A DNA stretch of 64,000 nt from Negaprion brevirostris (taxonomy: Eukaryota), in NCBI GenBank assembly GCA_030324005.1, contig JARDVH010000163.1:117770851-117834850 (forward strand). The letters run 5' to 3'. How positions within the stretch are numbered: the first letter of the stretch is position 1; every line of letters starts with the position of its first letter. Shown in pieces: positions 50,801 through 60,205 of this stretch. The translations under genes were made by a program, and so were the position numbers. The notes beneath the pieces are model-generated. The model was not told the DNA's origin and ran no database searches. It saw only the letters and a program-made list of their open reading frames with translations.

Positions 50801-53800
50801 TGTACAAGTATCTACCAAATGTCTAATTTTGTGTTTTTTAAAAAATATAACAGTGCAATAACAATAAACTTCAATTGCATTTCTTTGAAATCTATTGAAA
50901 CTTTAGCCATGACCATGGCAAAATAAAGTTGTTAACACAGATATCACTTTATATTCTTTACTGTTTTAATACTGATCTATAGTTGTGATAAGAACTAGAA
51001 CATTCTTTTGCAACACAAATCCACTCCTTTGACTGATTAAAAAGTCCTGCAATGCAGATTAATTTCCTTTATCTTGCTGACCTTTACAGCACAGAAGGAG
51101 GCAATTCAGTTCCTTGTGCCTGTGCTAGCTCTTTTGAGTTCCCCACATTTCTGCTTTTTCCTCACGTATCAAGTCCTTTTTGAAACTACACTATTGAATC
51201 TGTTCCCACCACTCCATTCTTTCAGGCAGTGAATTCCAGATCAAAAAACTAATCTCCCCTCTGGCTATTTTGCCAGTTATCTTAAACCTGTGTGCTTTGA
51301 CCAATTGACTCTCTCACACCAATGGAAATAGTTCCTCCTTATTTACACTATCAAAACTCCAAATTGTTTTGAGCATCACAATTCAATCTCTCCATTAACC
51401 TCTGTTTTAAGGAGAACAACTCCATTTTCTCTACTGTTTCCATATAACTGGTCTCATGTTCTTGGTAACTCTCCTCTTCAGCCTAAGGTTTGTGACTTAT
51501 CAATGCAGCATTTCTCCGGATTGCAGAGTGCAATGCTATTCGATTGTGCTTGGTTTATGATTTTTATGGACCAGATTGGGTCCTCAATTATGCACTTTTT
51601 TATTGTTAAGTCCTACTTAGGTTTAGGCCTATAAACTTGCCTGCCATGAAAAATCGATCGAACACAGTCCATGAAGAATTTGAATTTTCAAAGATCCGTA
51701 TTGTAGCAACACACAAGAGACTATTTCATAAACACTTGTNNNNNNNNNNNNNNNNNNNNNNNNNNNNNNNNNNNNNNNNNNNNNNNNNNNNNNNNNNNNN
51801 NNNNNNNNNNNNNNNNNNNNNNNNNNNNNNNNNNNNNNNNNNNNNNNNNNNNNNNNNNNNNNNNNNNNNNNNNNNNNNNNNNNNNNNNNNNNNNNNNNNN
51901 NNNNNNNNNNNNNNNNNNNNNNNNNNNNNNNNNNNNNNNNNNNNNNNNNNNNNNNNNNNNNNNNNNNNNNNNNNNNNNNNNNNNNNNNNNNNNNNNNNNN
52001 NNNNNNNNNNNNNNNNNNNNNNNNNNNNNNNNNNNNNNNNNNNNNNNNNNNNNNNNNNNNNNNNNNNNNNNNNNNNNNNNNNNNNNNNNNNNNNNNNNNN
52101 NNNNNNNNNNNNNNNNNNNNNNNNNNNNNNNNNNNNNNNNNNNNNNNNNNNNNNNNNNNNNNNNNNNNNNNNNNNNNNNNNNNNNNNNNNNNNNNNNNNN
52201 NNNNNNNNNNNNNNNNNNNNNNNNNNNNNNNNNNNNNNNNNNNNNNNNNNNNNNNNNNNNNNNNNNNNNNNNNNNNNNNNNNNNNNNNNNNNNNNNNNNN
52301 NNNNNNNNNNNNNNNNNNNNNNNNNNNNNNNNNNNNNNNNNNNNNNNNNNNNNNNNNNNNNNNNNNNNNNNNNNNNNNNNNNNNNNNNNNNNNNNNNNNN
52401 NNNNNNNNNNNNNNNNNNNNNNNNNNNNNNNNNNNNNNNNNNNNNNNNNNNNNNNNNNNNNNNNNNNNNNNNNNNNNNNNNNNNNNNNNNNNNNNNNNNN
52501 NNNNNNNNNNNNNNNNNNNNNNNNNNNNNNNNNNNNNNNNNNNNNNNNNNNNNNNNNNATGCAGACACCAGAAGAATGTGTAGATTCCGCACAGACAGTG
52601 ACCCAAGCTTTGAATTGAGCCCAGGTTCCCACTGCTGTGAGGCAGCACTGCTAGCCATTGTGCCATCCATGTGATTTAGGGAATTCAATTTGGTGATTTA
52701 GGGAATGGAAGCTATAAGTTTCTTGCGTTTATTTCTAAAATGTAAGTTTCTAAAATGGACATGGTATGAAGAAGAAACTAGTGATATGCAACCAAAAATT
52801 TATTGCCTGAACATAAAATTAGTTGCCACAGTAATATGACCTGTGAAAAGCCCATTTATGATTACCAAAACCTTCGAACCATGTGACATTCTTGATGCAA
52901 CTTTTCTGATTGTTCCATCTTGCCAGTTGCCATGCATATCATTGGTACTGATAATGACTATGTGAATAGAATTTAGTGCAAAAACCTGAAGAGAATTGTT
53001 CAATAGGTTCCCCCAATTAAACATTATCCTCAGTATACTTTTGGTGTTAAATATTTTATTAAATTCTGTTTACTAATTTCATGGACCGACTATCAATTTG
53101 CTCTGCATCTTGTGCATAAAAAAGTACTTTGTTTTTATAGCTGACACATTTAAATTAGTTTTTAAGATTAATAACCTCTCATAATGTTCCCTAAGTTCTA
53201 GTGTTGTTTGACCAATCTACTTTTACCAATGTTGTCCTAAACCAACAACTGGGAACTGAAGAGTGTTTAATTATATTTTTTCTCCTGGCAGTGTGAGGCA
53301 CTGGCATGCTTCTATTCCTTAAAGCACCATTGATTAGATATTGATGCTCTGATTTCGCTTGATCCTATAAATAATTTTTTAGAGATTGACTTGTATCGCA
53401 ATTTCACGTGTTGTGTTCCCGTTTGCTACATTTTGTTTCAGTGCCAATTTGGCTCATTTCTTTAAATCTTGCCTTGAGTCCACTGCATTATTTTAATATT
53501 TAACTTCTCTTAAAGTGTCAGCAACAAAAACAGGTTAATGAAAACCCAGACCATAGTCCTACTTAATCCTAGGGCCTTCTATTTGTTGACTATATTATCA
53601 ATTCTACCTCCCTCTAAAATATTTTAGTTTGCAATTCAGTTCACTTTAAAAAATGTATTAATATGCAAGGGCTACTTCTAACCTCTCTGCGTCTTTTCTG
53701 AACAGGTCAAATGGAAAATTATGAAATTGTCCACTCTAGTAGAGTGAAATTCATTTATCCTAGTGAAGAAGAAGTTGGTGACTTGACCTTTATTGTAGCA

Positions 53801-54337
53801 GAGAACGTACAGGAACCAAATAATCTCCAGACATCCAACATACTTTTGTATGTTCTGGCATTTCAAGTAAAGTCTCTGGAGACCTCTTCGCATGCTAGCA
53901 AAAGTTCTCTACAACCTAAAACTTTAATTTTGACTAGCTACGACATGCTTCTGTTTGAAGAAGATTATGTCAGCTATCCGTTGCCAGAGTTTGCAAAGGA
54001 ACCTCCACAGAGGGACAAATACAAATTAACTGATGCCAGGAGGATCCGTGATCTAGACCGTGTACTCATGGGTTATCAGACTTACCCACAGGCCATCACA
54101 TTTGTATTTGATGATGTGCAGAACCGTGACCTCTTGAGTAACATGATGCTTGACCATTTTGAACATCCACTTAATGCCTCTTCTGCCAGTAGAAAGTACC
54201 ACTGCAACAACAGCAGTGAAGTTCAGTGGTGTCTCTTTGTAGCCAGTCCGGAAAGTCGGGAGAAGCTGATTGCGTTGCTTGCTAGGCAGTGGGAGCTGCT
54301 CTGCAGTAGAGAACTGCCACTTGAACTTACAGGTTAA
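5776..54337 (+). CDS. NISCH: Nischarin gene (PX domain + leucine-rich repeats + long C-terminal region), multi-exon, whole coding span
   Basis: 20 exons with consistent phases join into a 4176-nt ORF (1391 aa). Peptides match vertebrate nischarin as recalled: [60 protein letters not shown] and C-terminal RELPLELTG*. Exon 20 is not visible. Confidence 0.97.
6864..7333. mobile_element. Penelope-like mini-element with inverted pseudo-LTR arms and a 13-bp target-site duplication
   Basis: Arms ~6870-7013 and 7139-7281 are reverse complements with ~5 mismatches; TATTATCTAGTGA at 6851-6863 and 7334-7346. Confidence 0.8.
7201..7236 (+). ncRNA. Minimal type I hammerhead ribozyme motif
   Basis: TCAC-CTGACGA-A-GGGG-CTAA-CCCC-GAAA-GCTT-GTGA: CUGANGA and GAAA cores, stem II GGGG/CCCC, stem I TCAC/GTGA, palindromic AAGCTT in place of stem III. 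Confidence 0.75.
9860..10370 (-). mobile_element. Rex1/Babar-like LINE fragment, internally deleted
   Basis: Same tail as 812-1075; GACATTGAGGGAGAGATTATTG is the reverse complement of the RT segment at ~23468-23490. Confidence 0.7.
10850..11230 (-). mobile_element. CR1-group family A 3' tail
   Basis: Reverse complement of the tail seen at 28170-28500 (CACAGTGCTGTTAGG, TGCATCTTGTAGATGGT). Confidence 0.6.
11520..11603 (+). CDS. NISCH: NISCH exon 2 ([28 protein letters not shown]), PX domain
   Basis: TTTCTTAG acceptor; PX motif HRYSDF; non-canonical donor AAG|GCAAGT. Confidence 0.95.
15295..15477 (+). CDS. NISCH: NISCH exon 3 ([22 protein letters not shown]...FHLY), PX domain
   Basis: TTTTAG acceptor, TAT|GTAAGT donor, 183 nt, phase 0-0. 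Confidence 0.96.
16140..16940 (+). mobile_element. CR1-group family A 3' fragment
   Basis: [37 protein letters not shown]-terminal remnant plus the shared tail. Confidence 0.75.
17418..17466 (+). CDS. NISCH: NISCH exon 4 ([17 protein letters not shown])
   Basis: TTTGTAG acceptor, AAG|GTATGG donor, 49 nt, phase 0-1. Confidence 0.95.
17660..17820 (-). mobile_element. V-type SINE 3' fragment
   Basis: GCTTACATTAGCACTGCAATGAAGTTACTGTGAAA matches 21352-21390. Confidence 0.6.
18007..18170 (+). CDS. NISCH: NISCH exon 5 ([10 protein letters not shown]...[21 protein letters not shown])
   Basis: ATAG acceptor, AAG|GTAAAA donor, 164 nt, phase 1-0; lies within ORF 17982..18197. Confidence 0.96.
18707..18802 (+). 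CDS. NISCH: NISCH exon 6 ([32 protein letters not shown])
   Basis: TGACAG acceptor, GAG|GTTAGT donor, 96 nt. Confidence 0.95.
19187..19282 (+). CDS. NISCH: NISCH exon 7 ([32 protein letters not shown])
   Basis: TTACAG acceptor, AAA|GTATGC donor, 96 nt. Confidence 0.94.
20426..20578 (+). CDS. NISCH: NISCH exon 8 ([14 protein letters not shown]...[18 protein letters not shown]), first LRR
   Basis: ATCAG acceptor, GTG|GTAAGG donor, 153 nt. Confidence 0.96.
21313..21585 (-). mobile_element. tRNA-derived V-type SINE, near full length
   Basis: Reverse complement of the GGGTGGCACAGT..GGTTAGCACTGCTG head, A/B-box-like region and (TTTAAC)n tail. Confidence 0.8.
22200..22510 (+). mobile_element. RTE-clade LINE 3' remnant
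   Basis: ORF ends [22 protein letters not shown], resembling the C-terminal CCHH motif (C..C...S.IGL.SH.R.H) of RTE elements. Confidence 0.55.
22690..22923 (-). mobile_element. Penelope-like element GIY-YIG C-terminal remnant
   Basis: Minus strand reads [27 protein letters not shown], typical of the end of PLE ORFs. Confidence 0.6.
22924..24085 (+). mobile_element. Rex1/Babar LINE reverse transcriptase fragment (degraded)
   Basis: MKCFERLV...[16 protein letters not shown]...[10 protein letters not shown]...[13 protein letters not shown]...KFVDD...[10 protein letters not shown]. Confidence 0.88.
24121..24355 (+). mobile_element. CR1 3' tail fragment
   Basis: GATCAATCATGATATTGAATGGTGGAGC...CTCCTATTTCTCTTGTTCTTATG, similar to 39450-39490. 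Confidence 0.55.
24615..24699 (+). repeat. 41-bp exact tandem duplication spanning the intron 8/exon 9 junction
   Basis: TTTGTGCATTTGTTTTACAGAAATTAATTCCTAAAGTAGAA at 24615-24655 and 24656-24696. Confidence 0.95.
24676..24744 (+). CDS. NISCH: NISCH exon 9 ([23 protein letters not shown]), LRR
   Basis: In frame only from the second of two duplicated TTTTACAG acceptors; CAG|GTAGGA donor; 69 nt. Confidence 0.93.
25637..25925 (+). mobile_element. tRNA-derived V-type SINE
   Basis: GGGTGGCACAGTGGTTAGCACTGCTGCCTCACAGC head; GGGTGCTCCAGTTTCCTCCCACAGTCC core; AATAAATAAACTTTAA tail. Confidence 0.82.
27439..27624 (+). CDS. NISCH: NISCH exon 10 ([14 protein letters not shown]...[13 protein letters not shown]), LRRs
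   Basis: TTTGCAG acceptor, CAG|GTAATT donor, 186 nt, LxxLxLxxN repeats. Confidence 0.97.
27935..28520 (+). mobile_element. CR1-group family A 3' fragment
   Basis: Aligns with 16355-16940 (ATACTGTGGC..GTCAGAGGCTAG.. to AATAAATGCTGGCC). Confidence 0.75.
28560..28960 (-). mobile_element. L2-like LINE fragment
   Basis: GAGTGCCTAAAAGGAGGAAAG...GAAGGCATGGCAGCCAATGG; similar degraded copy at 63380-63620. Confidence 0.5.
30403..30531 (+). CDS. NISCH: NISCH exon 11 ([43 protein letters not shown]), LRR and cap
   Basis: TTTTTTAG acceptor, GAG|GTAAGA donor, 129 nt. Confidence 0.96.
31140..31253 (+). CDS. NISCH: NISCH exon 12 ([38 protein letters not shown])
   Basis: TCTAG acceptor, AAG|GTGAGA donor, 114 nt. 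Confidence 0.96.
31711..31819 (+). CDS. NISCH: NISCH exon 13 ([18 protein letters not shown]...ASSSQ)
   Basis: TTTGTTAG acceptor, AAG|GTAATC donor, 109 nt, phase 0-1, Ser/Pro-rich linker. Confidence 0.9.
32011..32030. promoter_or_regulatory. Perfect four-unit heat-shock-element motif in NISCH intron 13
   Basis: aTTCt-aGAAt-tTTCt-aGAAa; motif match only, function untested. Confidence 0.45.
32775..33180 (+). mobile_element. tRNA-like-headed short retroelement with the CR1 family A tail
   Basis: GTGGTGTAGTGGT A-box-like head, GGGTTCA B-box-like motif, tail GGGATAGGCAACAAATGC...A-rich. Confidence 0.7.
33480..34340 (-). mobile_element. Old CR1 fragments
   Basis: Degenerate reverse-strand CR1 RT and 3' motifs similar to 45060-45750. 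Confidence 0.5.
34395..34700 (+). mobile_element. Deu-domain SINE (SacSINE1/AmnSINE1-like)
   Basis: GACGTTAAACCG..GGCCC, CCCACAGCACTATTT, TGTCCTAGCCAATATT, GTGGGAGCTTGCTGTGCACAAAT..GCTGC, CCTACATTACAACAGTGACTAC match the Deu domain as recalled. Confidence 0.75.
35160..35281 (+). CDS. NISCH: NISCH exon 14 ([41 protein letters not shown])
   Basis: TTGCAG acceptor, AAG|GTAATA donor, phase 1-0; DSLTP...QGCS matches mammalian NISCH as recalled. Confidence 0.85.
35430..35920 (+). mobile_element. Degraded CR1 3' fragment
   Basis: GGGTAGTGGAAATCTGGAACTCT...AAGATACAGATCAG 3' motifs. Confidence 0.5.
37546..37613 (+). CDS. NISCH: NISCH exon 15 ([23 protein letters not shown]), poorly conserved linker
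   Basis: TTTAAG acceptor, GAG|GTATGG donor; phase 0-2 is exactly what is needed to join exon 14 to exon 16; sequence similarity itself is weak. Confidence 0.7.
37921..38215 (+). mobile_element. tRNA-derived V-type SINE, full length
   Basis: Same head, core and tail as 25637-25925. Confidence 0.82.
38640..39491 (+). mobile_element. CR1 LINE ORF2 C-terminus plus 3' UTR (family B, canonical CR1)
   Basis: WQMQYN...DLGVLV...ANGML...[20 protein letters not shown]. Confidence 0.88.
39771..41141 (+). CDS. NISCH: NISCH exon 16, large 1371-nt exon (FGPEDAIAQ...YFEMGP...[11 protein letters not shown]...ETK)
   Basis: ORF 39832..41145 extends upstream in frame to the acceptor CCCCAAAAAAAG at 39770; donor AG|GTAATA; phase 2-2. 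Confidence 0.93.
41922..42125. mobile_element. Degenerate palindromic non-autonomous element (same family as 4636-4790)
   Basis: TGCTGGAAAAA ... TTTTTCCAGCATTTTCTG inverted arms. Confidence 0.5.
44331..44514 (+). CDS. NISCH: NISCH exon 17 ([10 protein letters not shown]...[15 protein letters not shown]...FHNSVAE)
   Basis: TATACAG acceptor, GAG|GTAATC donor, phase 2-0. Confidence 0.94.
45060..46650 (-). mobile_element. CR1 LINE ORF2 fragment (family B)
   Basis: Minus-strand ORFs [28 protein letters not shown] and MAEVLNEYF. Confidence 0.85.
46965..47230 (-). mobile_element. tRNA-derived V-type SINE
   Basis: Reverse complement of the 37921-38215 family. Confidence 0.82.
47343..47670 (+). mobile_element. 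V-type SINE with a CR1-like tail (HE1-like)
   Basis: Same head and core but a different tail, GACTCGATGGGCCAAATGG..CTGTAGTGATTCTATGA. Confidence 0.78.
48165..48315 (+). CDS. NISCH: NISCH exon 18 ([17 protein letters not shown]...[12 protein letters not shown]...DQT)
   Basis: CTCCAG acceptor, CTG|GTAAGG donor, phase 0-1. Confidence 0.95.
48755..50340 (+). mobile_element. Degraded CR1 3' fragment split by an insertion at 49232-49975
   Basis: CR1 sequence ...GAGAGGAGAATTGATAG resumes after the insertion as ATATACAAAATCATGAGAGG and runs to a CR1 tail at ~50340. Confidence 0.65.
49232..49975 (-). mobile_element. Probable solo LTR (TG...CA) with 4-bp TSD ATAG
   Basis: Termini TGTTGTAGG and CCTACTACA; ATAG at 49228-49231 and 49976-49979; minus-strand AATAAA near 49283; contains (CA)n and (TA)n tracts. 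Confidence 0.7.
50637..50768 (+). CDS. NISCH: NISCH exon 19 (GCWNEKLPF...[24 protein letters not shown])
   Basis: TATTAG acceptor, CTG|GTGAGT donor, 132 nt, phase 1-1. Confidence 0.95.
52559..52670 (-). mobile_element. V-type SINE 5' part, cut by a gap
   Basis: GCTGTGAGGCAGCACTGCTAGCCATTGTGCCA is the reverse complement of the SINE head. Confidence 0.7.
53706..54337 (+). CDS. NISCH: NISCH last coding exon (21): [16 protein letters not shown]...RELPLELTG*
   Basis: GAACAG acceptor; ORF 53711..54337; conserved C-terminus. Confidence 0.97.
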
Positions 54338-54362
54338 CATTTTGTTCATGTCAAATATGACC

Positions 54363-54662
54363 AATAAATTGTAAAACTAAGTTGTACTGATGATGAGCAG
54401 TTATTTGTACAGCACTCTTGGGGATTGTAAATACCATGGGAGTCAGACCTGTTTCTTTGATGTCTAGGGCTTTTAAAGTATATTTTTACAAATTCAGCAT
54501 AAACAAGTTTACTTATACACTGATGCATCTTGCTTTTGTGCAATATAAACTGAATATAAAGGTCACTATATGTTATGCTTGGATGTTTTTGAAATATTAA
54601 GTGCAATGTTTATCTAATGGGCAACTTTCTTTGGCATGCTGCTATAATTAATTTGAAATAAA
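54363..54662 (+). terminator. Candidate NISCH polyadenylation signals
   Basis: AATAAA at 54363-54368 and 54657-54662; the second is followed by GT/T-rich sequence. Confidence 0.5.
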
Positions 54663-56989
54663 GTTGTTGCTCTTGGATTTTTTTTTAAAAAGAAGTACTG
54701 TGCTTTAATGAAACTTTTAAAATATTCAATGGCTTTATAAAAGTGTATTTTGGAGTACAAATACGTAGCATTGTAGATAAGGTGCAGGATTCATATTTTG
54801 TTCGTAATGAGAAGTGAAAATTGAATCATTGGCAGTGAAGTTACCTCTTTGTGTCCAGCCAAAGATGGCACTAGCTTGGGTATTGACGAGAACTGCTGCC
54901 TGTCTGTGGTGGAGGGTTCAGAAACTATTTGGCAATAGTGTAAACAGGGACATCATAATTTCCTCCAACAACCCAAAACACATTTTTGCAAGTGTATGTA
55001 AATTAATGTCCAGTAAGTGCTTTAATTGCATATTTATTTTGTTACTTCAAATTCTGAAAATGAGACCTCCCTTGGTGAACACAAGTCTGCTGAAGCTTTG
55101 ACAATGTTATGGGAGTTCATGGTAGTAATTTGTCTCCCAAAAGATTCTAATAAATAATTGGCTGCTATCCTAAACTGGAAAATCTAATGCCAAGTTATGC
55201 CAGAATCCTCACTCCTGTGCTTCCTAGCAAACTATTCTGAAATTCATTGACCATGGCCAGAACCAGTAATATGCATGCCCCCCTGCTGCAAGAATAGAAG
55301 AGGTGAAAATTAGTCCTATAAAGTTGGATGTTGTTAAAGACTAATTAAACTGTCATAAAATGTAGTATGAAGTTTCCTAGTTAACTGGAATGATTTTAAA
55401 ACTTTTGTTTTGATCCTTTTGTGTCATTATGCTGCTCACATTGTCCAGCACTTTATAAAAATAAATCCCAACTACATGACTATGTTAAAAGAATAAGATT
55501 CTAATTTCAGGTTATGTTTACAAACCACTCCATGTTCCTTTGTTTGAACTTTATGTAGAATGCCTTGAGGCAGTTCTAGTTCATTTTTTAAAAATTAAGT
55601 AGAAGTTGCAGGCTGATTATTACAATGATATAATAATGTATTGGTTCAGCATGGGATAAGGGATTAAGTTGGTATCCCACCAGTTGATGTCTCAGCTGAT
55701 TTTGAAATTTGTCTTATCCAAAATTGTCATGCAGAGTTTGAGTTGTATTAGCATTTATACTTGCAACCTCTCAGAATTTGCATAAACTAATGAGTGAATT
55801 AACTGTTGCTTGCAAATTACCAAAAAGGTTATGCAACAAAATCACTACTGGCAATTTTTTTGATCTTTGTTTTCAGGATTTGAATTTTAATAAGATAAGT
55901 TACATAATGGAGGTTAAAAAAGCAGTTCAGTTATATCAATAGTAATGTCACAGTATTGGATATAAATTGGGATTAGTATAGGAGTAGATTCCACAACTGA
56001 TAGTTTAAAGATAGAATTAAATAACAAATCTATTAAATGGATTAAACTTAGTACCATTGCAAATTATTAGCATATGACTAAGCAATTTTGTCTAAGTGAG
56101 CTAGTTAACTCCTGCCACTCGGAGGAGGATTGCCTCCTGAGATGGTATGTTGAACCTCATTTAGAAAGTGCTACCCATTTTTTCTGTAAATTAATCTGTA
56201 CTAATGGCTGTTCGAGTTAGCTACCTTAAAATCTTCCTCCTTTGATCATAAGGAAGCGATTACATCTAAATGACAAACTTGAATCTACCTGTATTTGGTC
56301 GGTATGACTATACAATCTTAACTCATAACTAATTCTTTTCTCTGAGAACTGACGTCTTATAAGGGAGAATTGACAAATCTTCCAAATTTGCTGGACCTAC
56401 TAGTAAGACTATTCTGGACAAGAAAAACATGCTGATTTTTGACAATCTCTTCAGAAATAGTTAACTTCTACCTGTGCAAAGATCAAGCAAGGTCTGCAGT
56501 TTCTCTTCAGAAATCCAGTCAGGTGAGAAACAGTTTTGTCCAGTTAAGCATTAAGATTGAAGACATCACCTTTGTAGCTATCATAAACTTTGTAACAAAC
56601 CTTTGTTCAAATTCCATCCCCTTCCCCGCTTGCCGCGATTGACCTGGATTGCTTGCAACCTTGTTCTATTAGATCCTAAAGGCCATTTGGTTCCGCTTCA
56701 ATCATCTGCCTTAATCCTGACCTTAATTCACCTGCAGAACCTAACCTATGCCCTTTTGTCACCTCCAACCGCAGCTATTTCAGTGTTTATGACCAGCTTT
56801 CAATGCTCCGCTCTCCATAAATGTCAGTTCACGTGTCAGCCATATCCTGCCTTGCTCAACCATAGCCTGTACTTTGTTGACTTTTTGTCTCCTATCCTTC
56901 CAATTTTAAAATTCTCAGCCTCATGTTTAAAACTCTCCTTGCCCTTTTCTCCCCCTCCAGCTCAACAATTATGTCATGCATTCCCTACT

Positions 56990-59900
56990 TTTTCTTTCAC
57001 GGGATGTGGGTATCACTGGTTAGGCCATCATTTATTGCCCATCACAAATTTTCAATGAGCTGCTGCCCTGAACTGCTGCAGGCCGTGTGGTTATAGATAC
57101 ATCCATAATGCTGTCTGGGAATGTGTTCTAGAGTTTTGACCTAGCGACACTAAAGGAGTGGCAATATAATTCCAACTCAGGTTGGTGTGTGGCTTGGATG
57201 GGAATTTGCAGGTTGTGTTCCTATGCATATACTACCTCTTTGTCTTAAGTGGTAGAAGCCAAAATTTGGAAGTGCTGTTGAAGGGGGCCATGATGAGTTG
57301 CTGCAGAGTAAACACTACTGTAGCAATGCTGGTGGGAATCGATGTTTGTAGCTGAGGTGCCAATCAAACTGGCTGCTTTGTCCTGGATGGAGTTGAACTT
57401 CAGTGTTGTTGGAGTACTCCGTCACACTCCTGACTTGTGCCTTGTAGACGAAGGACAGACTTTGGGGAGTCAGGAGTTGAGTTACCCTCTGCAGAATTTC
57501 AAATCTCTGACTTGCTCATGTAGCCACAGCATATGGCTAGTCCAGTTCAGTTTCCATCAATGGTAGCCCCCAGAAAGTTGATAGTGGGGTATTCAGTGAT
57601 ATTAATGCATTGAATGGCAAGGGGAGATGGTTGGATTTTCTTGTTGGAGAGAGTCTTTACCTGGCGCTTATGTGGCATGAATGTTACTTGCCACTTACCA
57701 GCCCAAGCCTGAATGTTGAACAGGTGTTGCTGCATATGGACGCAGATGCTTAGGTATCTGAAGTCACAAATGGTGCTGAACAGGATGCAAACATTCTTTC
57801 TTCTGACCTTATAATGGAGAGAGATCGCTGATGAAACAGCTGAAGGTAGTTGAGCCTAAGACACTCCCCTGAGGAACTCCTAGAGTGATATCCTGGGACT
57901 GAGATGATTGACCTTGAGCAACCACAGCCAACTTCCTTTGTGCTATTTATGACTCCAACCAGCAGAAGGGTTCCCCCTCCTCCCCCGATTTCCATTGACT
58001 CCAGCTGTGCTAAGGCTCATCGATGCTGTACTTGGCCAAATGCTGCTTTGATCTCGAGGACAACCACTCATCTCAACTGTCAAGTTCAGTTCTTTTATCC
58101 ATGGCTGTAATGAGCTCCAGACCTGAGTGGCCCTGGCAGAATTCAAATAGAGCTTGAGTGAAAACACTGTTGCTGAATAAGTGCTGTTTTGATAGCACTG
58201 AAGATGACCCCTTCCATCTCCTTATTGACGATCGAGAGTAGACGGATCCACCAATAATTGGACGTTTGATTTATCCTGCTTTTTGTGGACAGTGCATTGC
58301 TGGGCAGTGTTCCATATTGCCTGGTAGAAGCCAGTAATGTTCCTGTACTCAGCTTGGCTAAGGGTATCACTAGTTCTGCAGCATAAATCTTCAATATTTT
58401 TGTTGAAATGTTTTCAGGGCATATATAGCATTTGCAGTATCCAGCACCTTCATCCAATTATTTTGATATAGTGGATTGAATCAGATTGGCTGAAGTTTGA
58501 CAACTGTGATGCTGGGGACCTCAGGAGAAGGCCAGGGCACTTCTGACTGAAAATGATTGCAAACGCTTTAGCGTTTTTCATTGATGTGGTGGGCCCCCCA
58601 TCATTGAAGATGGGGATATTTGTGGAGCTGCCTCTTCCTATTAGTTGTTCAAATATAAACCTCAATCTGTGGCAGGACTGCAGAACCAGCATCTGATCTG
58701 TTGGTTGTGGGATTATTAAACTCTATCACTTGTTGCTTTTGCTTTTTGGAATGCAAATAGTCCTGTGTTCTAGCTTTGTCAGATTGACCCCAGATTTTTA
58801 GGTATGCCGGGTACTGTTCCTGACACATCGTCTGCAACTCTTCATTGAACCAGAGTTGATCCCCTGGATTGATGGTAATGGTTGAGTGGGATATGCTGTG
58901 TTGCAAGGTTACAGATTGTGGTTGCATGCAATTCTGCTGCTGCTGATGGCTCATAGCATCTCTTGGATGCCTTTGTTTTGTATTGCTTTATATGTTCCAG
59001 TATCTATCCCATTTAGCACGGTGTGCCATACAACATAATGGAGGGTATTCTCAATGTGAAGATGGGATTTCATCTCGCACAGACATTGCGATGGTCACTC
59101 CTACCAATACTGTCATGGACAGGTACATATATGACAGGTAGTTTGGTGAGAACGAGGTCAAATAGGTTTTTCCTCACAATCTGCTGCAGATCCAATCAAA
59201 CGACTATGTTCTTTAGGACTTGGCCAGTTCAGTCAGTGCTACTGAGTCATTCTGCAAGTGCTGTTCAATGTGGAGTACTGACTCATTGGGTGGGGTGGGG
59301 ATGTGGTCAGTAGTAATCAGTAGAAGGTTTTCAGCCCATATTTGATCTGATGCTCTGTGACTTCATGGGGTCCAAAATCTAATCTCCAGGGCAACTCCCT
59401 CTTGATACTGTACCATTGTGCTGCCAGCTCTGGTGTCTTGTTGGTGGGTCAGGACATATCCAGGGATGGTGTTCATGGCGTCTGGCACATTGTCTGTAAA
59501 GTATTATTCTATGAGTATGACTATGTCGGACTTAATTGATTCATCTGTGGGACAGTTCTCCCAATTTTGGTGCAAGCCCCCAGACACTAGTGAGGAGGGC
59601 CTTCCAAGGTTGGCTGGGTTTACTGTTTTCTTTCCGGTGCCAAGGTGGATAGTGTGTGTTCCAACTGATTTAATTCATTTCCGGAGACTCTGATAATTAG
59701 CCATGATCGATAAGCAGACATGATGGTAATGAATGGAAGAGAGGGCTGGAAGGGCTGGCAGGCCNNNNNNNNNNNNNNNNNNNNNNNNNNNNNNNNNNNN
59801 NNNNNNNNNNNNNNNNNNNNNNNNNNNNNNNNNNNNNNNNNNNNNNNNNNNNNNNNNNNNNNNNTTTCCAGTGCTTGAGTCAATGCCTGGTAATCAATCC

Positions 59901-60205
59901 AGTTTCATTGCCTTTTGTATTGGTCTAGTTTTGTTGCCTTTTTAGACTTTGTAGTGGCTTTGATGCAACTGAGTGGCATGCTAGGCCATTTCAGAAGAGT
60001 TAATTGCTGCAGATCATATGTAAGCCAAACGATATGTGAGGGTTTTTATGATGATGGTACTAGTGACCATGAAACCAAGACTTTTTTTTTTAAATTCCAG
60101 ATTTATTAACTGAATTTAAATTAACCCATAGTCCCAGGGCATTATAACCGGGCCTCTGGATTACTAAACTAGTAAAGTTACCACTATGCTGCCACTACCA
60201 CCTAC
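56990..60205 (-). mobile_element. Long degraded CR1-group family A LINE (5' head, endonuclease and RT remnants, 3' tail), nested in older L2-like sequence
   Basis: Minus-strand remnants TITINPGDQLWFNEE, CPENISTKILK..AAELVIPLAKL, LLSIVNKEMEGVI, IQAWAGKWQVTFMPHK, PTINFLGATID; tail as in 2600-2690. Confidence 0.82.

Noticed and set aside
51700-51739. ACAAGAGACTAT (TRDY), resembling the TRDSY motif of the missing exon 20
   Set aside because: In-frame TAG just upstream, no suitable acceptor, and flanking residues do not match.
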